From the NCBI GenBank assembly GCA_038087875.1, contig JAXLNO010000172.1, forward strand, positions 62,001 through 126,000: a stretch of 64,000 nt of DNA, read 5' to 3'. The notes beneath the pieces are model-generated. The model made no database searches. It saw only the letters and a program-made list of their open reading frames with translations, and was not told where the DNA came from. The DNA is from Malacoraja senta. Taxonomy: Eukaryota. Within the stretch, counting starts at the first letter, position 1; the number at the start of each line of letters is the position of its first letter. The translations under genes and the position numbers were made by a program. Positions 22,328 to 34,899 of this stretch are shown piece after piece.

Positions 22328-24876
22328 TGGATATGCAATGGAAGACATTTAAAGACTGCATGGATGAACTACAAAAATTGTTCATCCCAGTTTGGCAAAA
22401 GAATAAATCAGGGAAGGTAGTGCATCCGTGGATAACAAGGGAAATCAGGGATGGTATCAAAGCGAAGGATGATGCGTACAAATTAGCCAGAAAAAGCAGA
22501 GAAATTCAGAGACCAGCAGAGGAGGACAAAGGGCTTGATTAGGAAAGGAAAAATAGATTATGAAAGAAAACTGGCAGGGAACATAAAAACTGACTGCAAA
22601 AGTTTTTATAGATATGTGAAAAGAAAGAGATTCGTTAAAACAAATGTAGGTCCCTTGCAGTCAGAAACAGGTGAGTTGATCATGGGGAACAAGGATATGG
22701 CGGACCAATTGAATAACTACTTTGGTTCCGTCTTCACTAAGGAAGACATAAATAATCTGCCGGAAATAGCAGGGGACCGCGGGTCAAAGGAGTTGGAGGA
22801 ATTGAGTGAAATCCAGGTTAGTCGGGAAGTGGTGTTGGGTAAATTGAATGGATTAAAGGCCGATAAATCCCCAGGGCCAGATAGGCTGCATCCCAGAGTA
22901 CTTAAGGAAGTAGCTCCAGAAATAGTGGATGCATTAGTAATAATCTTTCAAAACTCTTTAGATTCTGGAGTAGTTCCTGAGGATTGGCGGGTAGCAAATG
23001 TAACCCCACTTTTTAAGAAGGGAGGGAGAAAGAAAACGGGGAATTACAGACCAGTTAGTCTAACATCGGTAGTGGGGAAACTGCTAGAGTCAGTTATTAA
23101 AGATGGGATAGCAGCACATTTGGAAAGTGGTGAAATCATTGGACAAAGTCAGCATGGATTTACGAAAGGTAAATCATGTCTGACGAATCTTATAGAATTT
23201 TTCGAGGATGTAACTAGTAGTGTGGATAGGGGAGAACCAGTGGATGTGGTGTATCTGGACTTCCAGAAGGCTTTTGACAAGGTCCCGCATAAGAGATTAG
23301 TATACAAACTTAAAGCACATGGCATTGGGGGTTCAGTATTGATGTGGATAGAGAATTGGCTGGCAAACAGGAAGCAAAGAGTAGGAGTAAACGGATCCTT
23401 TTCACAATGGCAGGCAGTGACTAGTGGGGTACCGCAAGGCTCAGTGCTGGGACCCCAGCTATTTACAATATATATTAATGATCTGGATGAGGGAATTGAA
23501 GGCAATATCTCCAGGTTTGCAGATGACACTAAGCTGGGGGGCAGTGTTAGCTGTGAGGAGGATGCTAGGAGACTGCAAGGTGACTTGGATAGGCTGGGTG
23601 AGTGGGCAAATGTTTGGCAGATGCAGTATAATGTGGATAAATGTGAGGTTATCCATTTTGTTGGCAAAAACAGGAAAGCAGACTATTATCTAAATGGTGG
23701 CCGACTAGGAAAAGGGGAGATGCAGCGAGACCTGGGTGTCATGGTACACCAGTCATTGAAAGTAGGAATGCAGGTGCAGCAGGCAGTGAAGAAAGCGAAT
23801 GGTATGTTAGCTTTCATAGCAAAGGGATTTGAGTATAGGAGCAGGGAGGTTCTACTGCAGTTGTACAGGGTCTTGGTGAGACCACACCTGGAGTATTACG
23901 TACAGTTTTGGTCTCCAAATCTGAGGAAGGACATGATTGCCATAGAGGGAGTGCAAAGAAGGTTCACCAGACTGATTCCTGGGATGTCAGGACTGTCTTA
24001 TGAAGAAAGACTGGATAGACTTGGTTTATACTCTATAATTTATGAGATTGAGAGGGGATCTTATAGAAACTTACAAAATTCTTAAGGGGTTGGACAGGCT
24101 AGATGCAGGAAAATTGCTCCCGATGTTGGGGAGGTCCAGGACAAGGGGTCACAGCTTAAGGATAAGGGGGAAATCCTTTAAAACCGTGATGAGAAGAACT
24201 TTTTTCACACAGAGTGGTGAATCTCTGGAACTCTCTGCCACAGAGGGTAGTCGAGGCCAGTTCATTGGCTATATTTAAGAGGGAGTTAGATGTGGCCCTT
24301 GTGGCTAAAGGGATCAGAGGGTATGGAGAGAAGGCAGGTACGGGATACTGAGTTGGATGATCAGCCATGATCATATTGAATGGCGGTGCAGGCTCGAAGG
24401 GCCGAATGGCCTACTCCTGCACCTAATTTCTATGTTTCTATGTTTCTTTTTTTTTTTTTTTTTTTTTAATTTATTAGAAGTACATTACATTACAACCACA
24501 TACATTAGTACTCGTCATTTATATCTTCTTACAATTAATGTACTCCATTTATTTTTTACACTAGAAAAGGAAAAGATTGAAAGAAGAAAGTGAAGGAAAA
24601 AGTGAAAGTGTAGAAAATGTGACAACAAAAAAGGACGAAGACCCTATAAGAGCAAAATTAAAAACAAAAGAAAAAGAGATAAGGAATAGACCCTAGAAAA
24701 GAAAGAGAAAGAGGAAAAAGAGAGAAACAAATATTTTTATGAGCATTACGTAAATGGGACATACCAACTTTTCAACTATCATCCCCCCTTACCTGACCTC
24801 AATTTTTTTTTTTTAAGTACTTTTGCACCCTATATTTGTAATCTATAAATGCAGACCATGTTTCTATGTTTCTATA
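22328..24876 (+). mobile_element. 5'-truncated CR1 LINE (family B); tail interrupted by an L1 fragment
   Basis: 516-aa RT ORF 22535-24085 nearly identical to 50297-52440; (TTTCTATG)n tail at 24427-24446 resumes at 24858-24876. Confidence 0.93.
24447..24857 (-). mobile_element. 5'-truncated L1 3' end (~410 bp)
   Basis: Poly(T) at ~24446-24467, homology to 3504-3810, ORF2 end (W-S-A-F-I-D-Y); ATGTTTCT on both sides. Confidence 0.82.
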
Positions 24877-25331
24877 AAAGGGAAGAACAATATTGTATAT
24901 TGAAGAGAATAAAATAATCCGAGATTCCTATTATATATTTCTCATTTGAAATTAGTGAGCTTGGGGATGTTCATGGTAGATAGTGATAGTTCTGTTTTTG
25001 CCTTCCATTCTCTGCATTACTGGTTTGGTATACAGCAATGAGGCAAAGTTTAACTTATTCCACTGCCCATGGAATGAATTTTAACTCCAAGTCCTAGCTC
25101 TGGACAGGGTAAAACTATTTAATTTCCCTTGCCTTCCATTCTTAGACTTCTATATGAGAATGTCCTGTACAGAACTATTGACAATTGCACACTAACATTG
25201 TTCAAAAGCGTATTTATGGAGATGTTTAGAAGATAAATGGTAGAGTTGGACTCTGATTTTAGACCTGACTCGAGGCTTTAATCCTCTCAACAGTCCATTT
25301 GTCTGAGCATGAATTATTCTTTGGAAGGTTG

Positions 25332-28300
25332 TATAGATTGGTTATTTCCTACTAACCAATTGTAGTGCTTGTTAGTAGTTGCTCCGCCTAATATGCGATT
25401 CATATTACCAAGAGCTTGCTTACGTAGGTCAGTCTGAGTAGCTGTTAGTTACTGTAATGTCCTGCAGACCGATGCTGTAAGTGGACTTTAATAAACATGT
25501 GTTGTATTTTGATGTGTGTCCGACTCGACTCATTACATGGTGTCAGAGAGTGAATCTTACCTACTCCGTTCACGTTTATCAGGTTTTGTTTTTTTATATT
25601 TGTTTTACGTGCCTATTATCTCTATCATGGCAAACTCGCCTCGCTGCCCTAGTCCTCTGATTTTTGACTGACATTGCTGAATGCTGGTGCCTTTTCAAGC
25701 GCGACTACATTCACTATCTTCGCTTCGTTCATCGCAACGATCCTCCGGATGTACGTGCTTCTGTGTACTCAACCTGGCTGGCCCTGAGGCAATGAAATGT
25801 GCGGACAGTTTCACATTTGAGCCTGCTGTTTTAGATGCAAACGGACAGATTCAAGTGCCTGCAGAAACGATCGATGACCCTGCTGTCCGACTTGCAAAGT
25901 TTAGACAGTTGTGTGACCTCCCCTCGAACTACATTATCGAACGTACCAGTTTTACGCTCGAATGCAACAGATTGATGAACATAGAATGTTTTATTAGCGA
26001 CTTGAAGCACATGGCTGCACGTTGTCAATTTGGGGATTTATGCGATGAACTAATCCGCGACAAGATCGTTGGAGGTATGCTTAATGACAAGTTAATAATA
26101 ATAATACATTTATTTATTAATTGCTTCGTAACACTGAACTGACCCTTAATCAAGCCGAGCATGCCTGTCGGATTGCTGAGATAACATCTTCTCACACTAA
26201 GTCTGTGATCTCTGCCCAGCGTTTGCAGTATGGTGTCAATCATACAGACACCTCCTGTCGTAACAGCCGTTCACAGCCTTCCCCAGTCTGGCAGCAGAGA
26301 AGGTCTGCTGTATGATGTCTTAATTGTGAGTATTCTCATGCTCAGGATCGATAGTTCTGTATTGCTTATGGTAAAATCTGCAATTTCTGCCGGAAATTCA
26401 ACCACTTTGCAAGATGTTGCCGTTCCCGTGCAACTCAATCCGTCTCAAGGCCGAGTTTGCACCTGTTACAACATGAGCTTGCTGATAATGAAAACCGAGC
26501 CTGACGTGCCATCCTCCACTCAGCTCTCTGAAAGTACAGATAACAGTTCAGCCATCCACTCTCTCCTCCCTTCGTCTAACGAGCAACTTGACCCTGAGGT
26601 AACCATGTTTGTGAATAACAAGCCTGTGATCGCAAAGGTTGATATGGGCACGAAATGCAACGTCATCTCGTTATCTGAGTTTTTAAAAAATCGTAATGCT
26701 GAACATGTTGAAAAGGCCTCGGCCACACTTCGGGCCTATGGGGGAGATGTTCTACACCCCCTTGGACAGACTGATTTAAACTGCACCATAGACTCGCAGT
26801 CTCATACCCCAAAGTTTTATATCGTCAAGGGGGATTCTGAGACTGCTCGGTATCAACGATCTAGGCCTAGTATATTTTGGCCGTGCTGTCCATCAACTCT
26901 TTCTTGCTGAGGGCCCCACTCAGCAAATAATTTCTCAATACAGTGAAGTATTTAAAGACGAGCTTGGCAAGCTGCCCCTCAAGTACCACATTACTGTTGA
27001 TCCCAACGTCACTCCTGTGGTTCGAGCGCCACACAGTGTTCCGCATGCCATGCGTGACAGAGTACACAATGAACTCAATCGGATGGTCTCCATGGGTGTT
27101 CTTGCTGAAGTTACTGACCCATCTGACTGGGTTTCCACCATGGTGGTCACAACGAAAAAAAACCAAGGAGGAAATCTGTATTTGCATAAACCCCAGAGTA
27201 CTTAACGCAGCCATCAAACACCCGCACTACCCTTTGCAAATGGTAGAGGAAGTTGCTGCTCAAATAGGCAACGCATCAGTGTTCTCCGTTCTGGATGCCA
27301 AAGGCTCGTTTTGGCAGATTCCGCTGGACACAGACTCATCCAATCTTACTTCGTTCGGCACCCCCTTCGGCCGCTACAAATTCCTGTGAATGCCATTTGG
27401 CAATAACTCTGCCAGCGAAGTTTTCCAATGCACGATGGAACAATTGTTTGCGGAGTATCCATGCGCCATCATTGATGATGACATTCTCGTCTACGGGTGC
27501 GACTTGGCAGAACATGATGCTAATCTGAAGAAAGTACTGGACCGTGCCAAAGACATTCAGCTGAAACTCAATCCCCTGAAGTGCAAGTTTCGAGTCCCGG
27601 AAGTTACCTACGTCGGACATGTTTCGCAAGTGATGGCCTCAGACCAGACCTATCAAAAACTGCAGCTATCAACGAGATGCCAGTTCCTACTGACGTTGCG
27701 AGTCTACAAAGGTATCTTGGAATGGTCAACTACCTGGGGAAATTTATTCCCAACCTCAGCGACATATCTGCCCCCCCGCCGGAACTGACACACAAAGACG
27801 CTGCATGGTCCTGTATCCGCAGCACCAAAGAGCTTTTGATATCCTCAAGTTGCAACTGGCCAGCGCACCTACCCTCGCCTATTTTGCTTTGGAGTTACCA
27901 GTAACGCTCACATGTGATGCATCCCAGTACGGACTTGGTGCTGCTTGCCTGCAGACCGCTGCCGATGGCGACTGCAAGCCTGTTTCATATGCCTCTCGCA
28001 CACTAACTTATACTGAACAACGTTACGCCCAGATTGAAAAATAATTACTTGCAGTGGTTTTCGCCTGCACGAAATTCAAAGACTTTATTTTTAGAAAGTC
28101 TGTGATTATAGAAACCGACCACCACTCACCATCTTGAACAAACCCATCCACGCTGCTCCGGCTCGCCTGCAACGGATGATGCTGCAGCGGTTTGATTTTA
28201 ACATTGTCTATAAAAAAAGGCAAGGACATGCACATAGCTGACACGGTATCGGGGGCCCCACGAAAAACCAGCAAACAACAACTCTTTGAAGAGGATCCGT

Positions 28301-29847
28301 TCTCAGTAATGAAGGTATCGTATGTTCCTACTGATTGCCTAAGCAGCCTGGCAGAGCACACGGCTGCTGACGAGACTTTACAATTGCTGTCCGTGGCTGG
28401 CCGGATAAACAACAGCACCCCGCTCGCGATCCGCCCATACTTCCTAGTTCGTGACGAACTGGTGTTACAGGACGGGATTATAGTCAAGGGCCACAAGGCA
28501 GTTGTCCCAGCTGTCCTCCGGGACAAGTACTTTGACGCCGTCCACGGGGGCCACCCCGGCGTGGAGGCCACCTTACAACGGGCACAGAGCATGTTTTATT
28601 GGCCTGGTTATGACCAAGTACATACGTGACAAAACTGAAGTCTGCGCCACCTGCAAAAGCCTGACGCCACACCAACAGAAGCAGCCCTTACTTTCGCACC
28701 CAGTTCCTCCTCTACCGTGGTCCACGGTAGCCACCGGCATATTCGAATGGCATAGGAAACACTATCTGGTTCTTGTCGACTCTTATACGGGCTGGTTTGA
28801 CCGATCTACTCCAAACCATTACATCTGAAGCAGTTATCCAGAAATTGCAAGGCCATTTCTCCGTGCACGGCTCATCTGCCGAACGAGCTGTCTGAAGCGC
28901 AAAACAACTAATGGAGCGTTCTTACCTTGCTAAATCTGCCGTCTACCTGGACCTGCTCAATTTATGGAACATTGCCAGGCCAACGACTGATGTCTTGCTA
29001 AACCCGTGCTGCCCTGCCTGTTCCACAGCAGCTATTGCAGCCAAAGGTTCGTTTTCCGCCTGCGGTCCATAAACAACTACAATTCAAGCGCGACGCACAA
29101 AAAGGTTTTTTCGACAAATCCAGTAAGCAACTTAAACCTCTCTCCAGTGGGCAGGTTGTTCACCTCCAGACCAACAAGGGCTATGGCCGTCTGGGTCACA
29201 TCCACAGCCCTGCCAAAGAACCGCGCTCCTACCTGGTCAGCGCTGATGGGGCCATTTAAAGACGCTAACGTCAACATCTTCCATTGAAGGAACCGCGTCC
29301 TGCGACTCCGCATCCAGAGGTTTAGCGTTTTGTATACTCTCCCACTACCTGGCCGGCTGCTCCACTATCAGTGACTGTGTCCCCCGCGGCCTTCCCACGA
29401 CGTTCAGCGCCTAGCTCGCCTACTTCACCACCTCCCCTCCCCGGTAACTTCTCTGGTAAAAGGAGGAGATGCGGACTCGTACCGCACACATGCTGGGCAG
29501 GTTGGCAGGCCACCCATTAGATATGGTGATTTTGAGTAACTATCTATACTTCCCCATATGTGTTATTACCGTTCCGGATCCTATATTGTTTAGCCATCAT
29601 GCTCCCACGTATCTATGCTTTATTTTGTTTCTAGAAGGAAAGATGTAGATTGGTTATTTCCTACTAACCAATTGTAGTGCTTGTTAGTAGTTGCTCCGCC
29701 TAAAATGCGATTCATATTACCAAGAGCTTGCTTACGCAAGTCGGTCGGAGTAGCTGCTAGTTACTGTAATGTCCTGCAGGCCGATGCTGTAAGTGGACTT
29801 TAATAAACATGTGTTGTATCTTGTTGTGTGTCCGACTCGACATTACA
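25332..29847 (+). mobile_element. Complete but decayed Gypsy (Mag-like) LTR retrotransposon
   Basis: LTRs 25332-25537 and 29644-29847; 5-bp TSD GGTTG (25327-25331 / 29848-29852); PBS TGGTGTCAGA at 25538 (tRNA-Leu type); PPT 29633-29643; gag with CCHC knuckles at ~26316-26420; pol broken by many stops and frameshifts. Confidence 0.95.
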
Positions 29848-30326
29848 GGTTGTTTGAAATGCAGTCTGTACCATTCAAATGTATATAGTCCAAAACTGGT
29901 GGGGATTGTTTGTTTTCAAGCCAAATGGAGGCTTTTCTTATATATTGAAAAAATGAAGAGGCTGCTATTAATGACATGTTTTCAATGAATACATGTGATA
30001 TCCTACTCATTCATTATACTTGTGATGCATGGTAAATCTTTGGAAATATGTTTATGCAGTTTGCTCTTTTTATACTTTCATTATTTCAATCTCTTGTAGG
30101 TTGTTTTGAAGAAGGCCAGTTTTAACACTGCAATAGAAGATTTTGATGGAAACTCAATATTGCGAGGTTGACTTCAATATTTCAAAAAATGGTTGTTATA
30201 GATAATGCTCGAATTACGATCTTGTTCAAATATATGTTTATTTTGGTGTGTTACAAGTGTGAACACAAGGGCTCATAATGTCTACTATCAAGGAATCCAT
30301 ATGCTATCAGTGTTAATTCTAATCTT

Positions 30327-30800
30327 GAGACGCAAGGAACTGCAGATACTGGTTTACAAAAAAGCCACAGTGCCGGTATAACTCAGCGGGTCAAGTGGCA
30401 TTTCTGGAGAACATGGATATGTGACATTTTGGGTTGGGCCCTTCTTTAAACTGATGGGAGGGGGGAAGCTAGAAGAGAGGTGAGGATAGGATAAAGACTG
30501 ACAAGTTATAGATGAGGGGGTGTACGTTGATTGCCAGATGTTAGACAAAGGCTACAAATAAAAAGACAATAAGTGAGATAAGTATAGAAGAGGTAAAAAT
30601 TGTAAAGAACGGAGGAAGGAATATAGTTGGAAGGGGAAATGTGGGTGTGCCTCCTGGTGGGGTACAGGGAAGACCGGGGGGGGGGGGGTTGTTAGTTAGT
30701 TACCTAACATTGGGGCATTCATTGTTCATGCCGTGAGGTTGGAAACTACCCAAATGGAATATGAGATGCTGTCTGACACACTGAGTTACTCGGTGTGCCT
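30327..30800 (-). mobile_element. Penelope-like element, 5'-truncated
   Basis: 14-bp TSD TTAATTCTAATCTT (30313-30326 / 30801-30814); minus strand ~30700-30772 encodes QHLIFHLGSFQPHGMNNE, resembling the C-terminus of the GIY-YIG ORF; same terminal repeat as the mini-elements. Confidence 0.8.
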
Positions 30801-30904
30801 TTAATTCTAATCTTATTTGCAAGATGTGAATGCTCACCTGTGGATCTCTCGACCTAAAGGTTTCAGCCGGGATGGCATAAGGAGGTGGAGGTATCCATTA
30901 AAGA

Positions 30905-31090
30905 AAGATAGACACAAAAAGCTGTGGTAAATCAGTGGGTCAGGCAGCATCTCTGGGGGAAAAGGAATAGGTGATGTTTGGGCCTAGACCCAAAACGTCA
31001 CCTATTTCTTTTCTCCAGAGATGCTGCCTGACCTGCTGAGTTACTCCAGCTTTTTGACTATCTTCGGTGTAAACCAGCATCTGCAGTTCC
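30905..31090. mobile_element. Penelope-derived palindromic mini-element
   Basis: Inverted arms (AGATAGACACAAAAAGCTG...GGTGA / TCACC...CAGCTTTTTGACTATCT) fused at a degenerate hammerhead stem. Confidence 0.7.
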
Positions 31091-32685
31091 ATTGGAGTAA
31101 ACATGTGACGAGCAGATGCAAGCACGGTGTATTTCTGAAAGAATCATGATTGATGATGTCCTGGCAAATGTTTTGGTTAAATATTTAAGATTCTTTTCAT
31201 ACGTCTGCTGTTTCAGCAAACATGTTGCAGGATAAGTGGTGAGTTAATGATGTCAGATTTAAGTTTCAAGGGCAATAAAATGCCAAAATCGCAGTGATTT
31301 TTGAATTACACGAGACATGATAGAAATGAAGAGTGTTCAGTCCTAAAGGTACAGACCTTATATTTAATGAGAAAGTATAACACAAAATGGTACACTAAAT
31401 CCCCATGTTAAAACAAGCCATAAATTTCCATGCAATGGTGGTTATGAGTGATATGCCAAACACAAATTCTTTCCTCCAAGTTGTGTGTTAATCTTCAAAA
31501 TGAAATTATGATTTTAGATTTCAATACTGTCACATTTTTATCTCTGGTTTGAGACAACCTTGCCATGCCAGCAGAATTATAAGTTCATTAGTCAATTTAA
31601 TTTTTTTCAAATATGTTATCTTTTGATAATTTTAATTCTATTTTGTACGACTAAGTGTTCCTTTAATTTTTTTTTTTACTCTCTGGGCATGTTTTTGGAA
31701 AATCCTAATGTGGTTAACGTGAATGCAGAGGCTGTTATTGTGAAATATTTAAAAAATTCAGTGATATCTGTCAAAATTCCAGTCAACTTGAGAGCTGTTC
31801 ATTAGATGGTGCTGAAGTTTCCTTGTATTCCAGGAAGCATCAGCTTTAAGCTGGATACTTGAAAAAGGGTGTTTGGAATGAGTTGAGTTTCATTCAAATT
31901 AAGTTAAAATGTATCACTTTAAACCACATATATAACCACATAACCGGTTTATAACAGATTTTCCCTTGGGCATTCACAGATAGCATTGTTATTTTGTTTA
32001 AAAATGTCATTTTGCCTTTACAATCTGTTTACAGGATCTAGTTATGTTTTTTTTGCAAAGTTATAATTCCTGAAATTCTTGGATGTACATGAACTATAAT
32101 CGATTTACATTTTTACTTTGACTTTTCACAAGTATATGCAAGCAACTAAAACGTGCTGTTTTCATTTGTTGTTATAGCAAATTGAAATTGTTTCCAAAAT
32201 CACATGACCAATCAATTGATTTCTTAACCAACTGTTGGCACTCAATCCAGTTCATTGCAAAAGAAGTTTGAGTATTAATTATTTTTCTTCATGGCAGCAC
32301 AGGGGAAGTAAAGTTGGTGTATTTTACATTTTGATTACAATGTATGCTGAATCACCTGGAAATAATGTTGTTTCAAAAATAAAATGGAGGCATTTGAAGC
32401 ACAAGTGCAGCTGTAGGAACAAGATTGAGACCCAAAATAGACCCGCCATCCAAGTTGTTTAGTAATTAATTGGAATTCATACAAGAGCGAACCATCCTGC
32501 AGCAGACAACAGGGATCTGAAAGAGACCACAGCAGGCAAAATTTGTATAGATAAATTGGGGAATTCCAAGTTAACAGGGGGTGATCTATTATCTTCAGCA
32601 TGCTGATATAAAATTAAGAATGTTCATGAACATCAGGGAACAATGAAAGAAGAAAACAATGTGACAGTAATGATTGATTTTATTA

Positions 32686-33008
32686 ATTGAGTATAGAAGT
32701 TGGGAAGTCATGTTGCAGTTGTTTAAGACGTTGATGAGGCTGCATTTAGAATATTGTGTTCAATTCTGGGCACTATGTTATAGGAAAGATGTTGTCAAGC
32801 TGGAAAGGGTGCAGAGAAGATTTGAGGATGTTGCCAGGACTCAAGACCTGAGCTATAGGGAGAGGTTGAATAGGCTAGGACAATATTCCTATGAGCGCAG
32901 GAGGATGAGGGGTGATTTTATAGATGTGTACAAAATCATGAGAGGAATAGATCGGGTAGACGCACAGATTCTCTTGCCCAGAGTAGGGCAATCAAGAACC
33001 AGAGGACC
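32686..33008 (+). mobile_element. Old CR1 3' fragment
   Basis: IEYRSWEVMLQL...LEYCVQFW...LERVQRRF; cut by the younger CR1 at 33010. Confidence 0.8.
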
Positions 33009-33009
33009 A

Positions 33010-33903
33010 AATAACCATATAACCATAACAGCACGGAAACGGGCTATCTCGGCCCTTCAAGTCCGTGCTGAACATTTTAAAATTTTTTAAAAAAATTATT
33101 ATTATTTTTTTTAAAATAAATACTTTCCCCTAGTCCCATCTACCTGCACTCAGACCATAACCCTCCATTCCTTTCCCGGCCATATACCCATCCGATCTAT
33201 TTTTAAAGGATAACATCGAACCTGCCTCCACCACTTCCACTGGAAGCTCATTCCACACAGCTACCACTCTCTGAGTAAAGAAGTTCCCCCTAATGTTCCC
33301 CCTAAACTTCTGTCCCTTAATTCTCAAGTCATGTCCCCTTGTTTGAATCTTCCCTACTCTCAATGGGAAAAGCTTATCCACGTCCACTCTGTCTAACCCG
33401 CTCATAATTTTAAAGACCTCTATCAAGTCCCCTCTTAACCTTCTGCGCTCCAAAGAATAAAGACCTAACTTGTTCAACCTTTCTCTGTAACTTAGTTGCT
33501 GAAACCCAGGCAGCATTCTAGTAAATCTCCTCTGTACTCTCTCAATTTTGTTGACATCCTTCCTATAATTAGGCGACCAAAATTGTACTCCATACTCCAG
33601 AATTGGCCTCACCAATGCCTTGTACAATTTTAACATTACATCCCAACTTCTATATTCGATGCTCTGATTTATAAAGGCCAGCACACGAAAAGCTTTCTTT
33701 ACCACCCTATCTACATGAGATTCCACCTTCAGGGAACTATGCACAGTTATTCCTAGATCCCTCTGTTCAACTGCATTCCTCAATTCGCTACCATTTACCA
33801 TGTACGTCCTATTTTGATTTGTCCTGCCGAGATGTAGCACCTCACATTTGTCAGCATTAAACTCCATCTGCCATCTTTCAGCCCACTCTTCCAAATGGCC
33901 TAA
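33010..33903 (-). mobile_element. 5'-truncated CR1 (family A), near-identical to 5362-6253
   Basis: Intact 254-aa ORF2 C-terminus 33130-33894; (TATATGGT)n tail. Confidence 0.93.
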
Positions 33904-34086
33904 AATGACTCTCTAACTGAAAGATTAGGAAATAAATTGCATGTTGATAATGGAACAGAGTTATTTCCTAAATCAATGTACCTTGCAAACTCAGTTGTGA
34001 GGAAAGAAGTGGAAATGGGAATATATGTACTAAACGTTATTCCCTTATGTATCTATACATTGTAAAACAATTGATTGTAATCATGT

Positions 34087-34213
34087 GTTTAAGAAGGAAC
34101 TGCAGATGCTGTAAAATCGAAGGTTGACAAAAGTGCTGGAGAAACTCAGCGGGTGCAGCAGCATCTATGGAGCGAAGGAAATAGGCAATGTTTCGGGCCG
34201 AAACCCTTCAGAC
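34087..34213 (-). mobile_element. Penelope-derived 127-bp mini-element
   Basis: 15-bp TSD TGATTGTAATCATGT (34072-34086 / 34214-34228); minus strand starts GTCTGAAGGGTTTCGGCCCGAAAC and ends CAGCATCTGCAGTTCCTTCTTAAAC. Confidence 0.83.
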
Positions 34214-34332
34214 TGATTGTAATCATGTATTGTCTTTCTGCTGACTGGTTAGCACACAACAAAAAGCTTTCTACTGTACCACGTGACAAACTAAACTGAA
34301 ATTTTGGAAATGATAGTTATAGTTTAACTTGT

Positions 34333-34812
34333 TGTAGTGGCCATTTGGCTTGTTTTGTGTATCATTAATGATGGCATGTGTCTTTAAATTTTAGACTGCC
34401 CGTTATATTGTGCGTGGGATTTATGACGTATTTTTGGGCGTGTTTGGAGCTAAGTTTCTTGCGCAGAAGCTTAGTTTTTAGTTTAGTTTCGGACCAGCAT
34501 GGAGAAGGTTTACTCTTTGACCATGAGAAGTGTAATGGAGACACGAGGAGTTATCTAATGTTTAATGCGAGAAGCTGGATTTCGATGTAGATTATAGTAA
34601 CGAGTCGGAAGAAGTTTGGATGTATCTTGTTTTTCATCAACAATAAAGAATTTATTCATCAAAAGACTGTATTTTGGAAGATTTGTCTGTGAAGCTCTGA
34701 AGGTCTCTGACAGTGAGCTGGTATCCATATAAAGACATTCCCCTTAACCATGTAGTCCATTTAGCGGTTAGAGGGAGTAATCTCTTGAACGATATAAAAA
34801 TCTGCCGCTATA
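34333..34812 (+). mobile_element. Candidate solo LTR (480 bp)
   Basis: Termini TGTAGTGGC...GCCGCTATA (imperfect inverted repeat); flanks CTTGT / CTCGT (5-bp TSD with one transition); AATAAA at 34642-34647. Confidence 0.6.
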
Positions 34813-34899
34813 CTCGTTGACAAGCTTAAAGGGAAACAAGGTAAGTAACGATGCTTATTTTGAACTTTCATGGTGGGGATGACGCAATGCTGGCATGTG

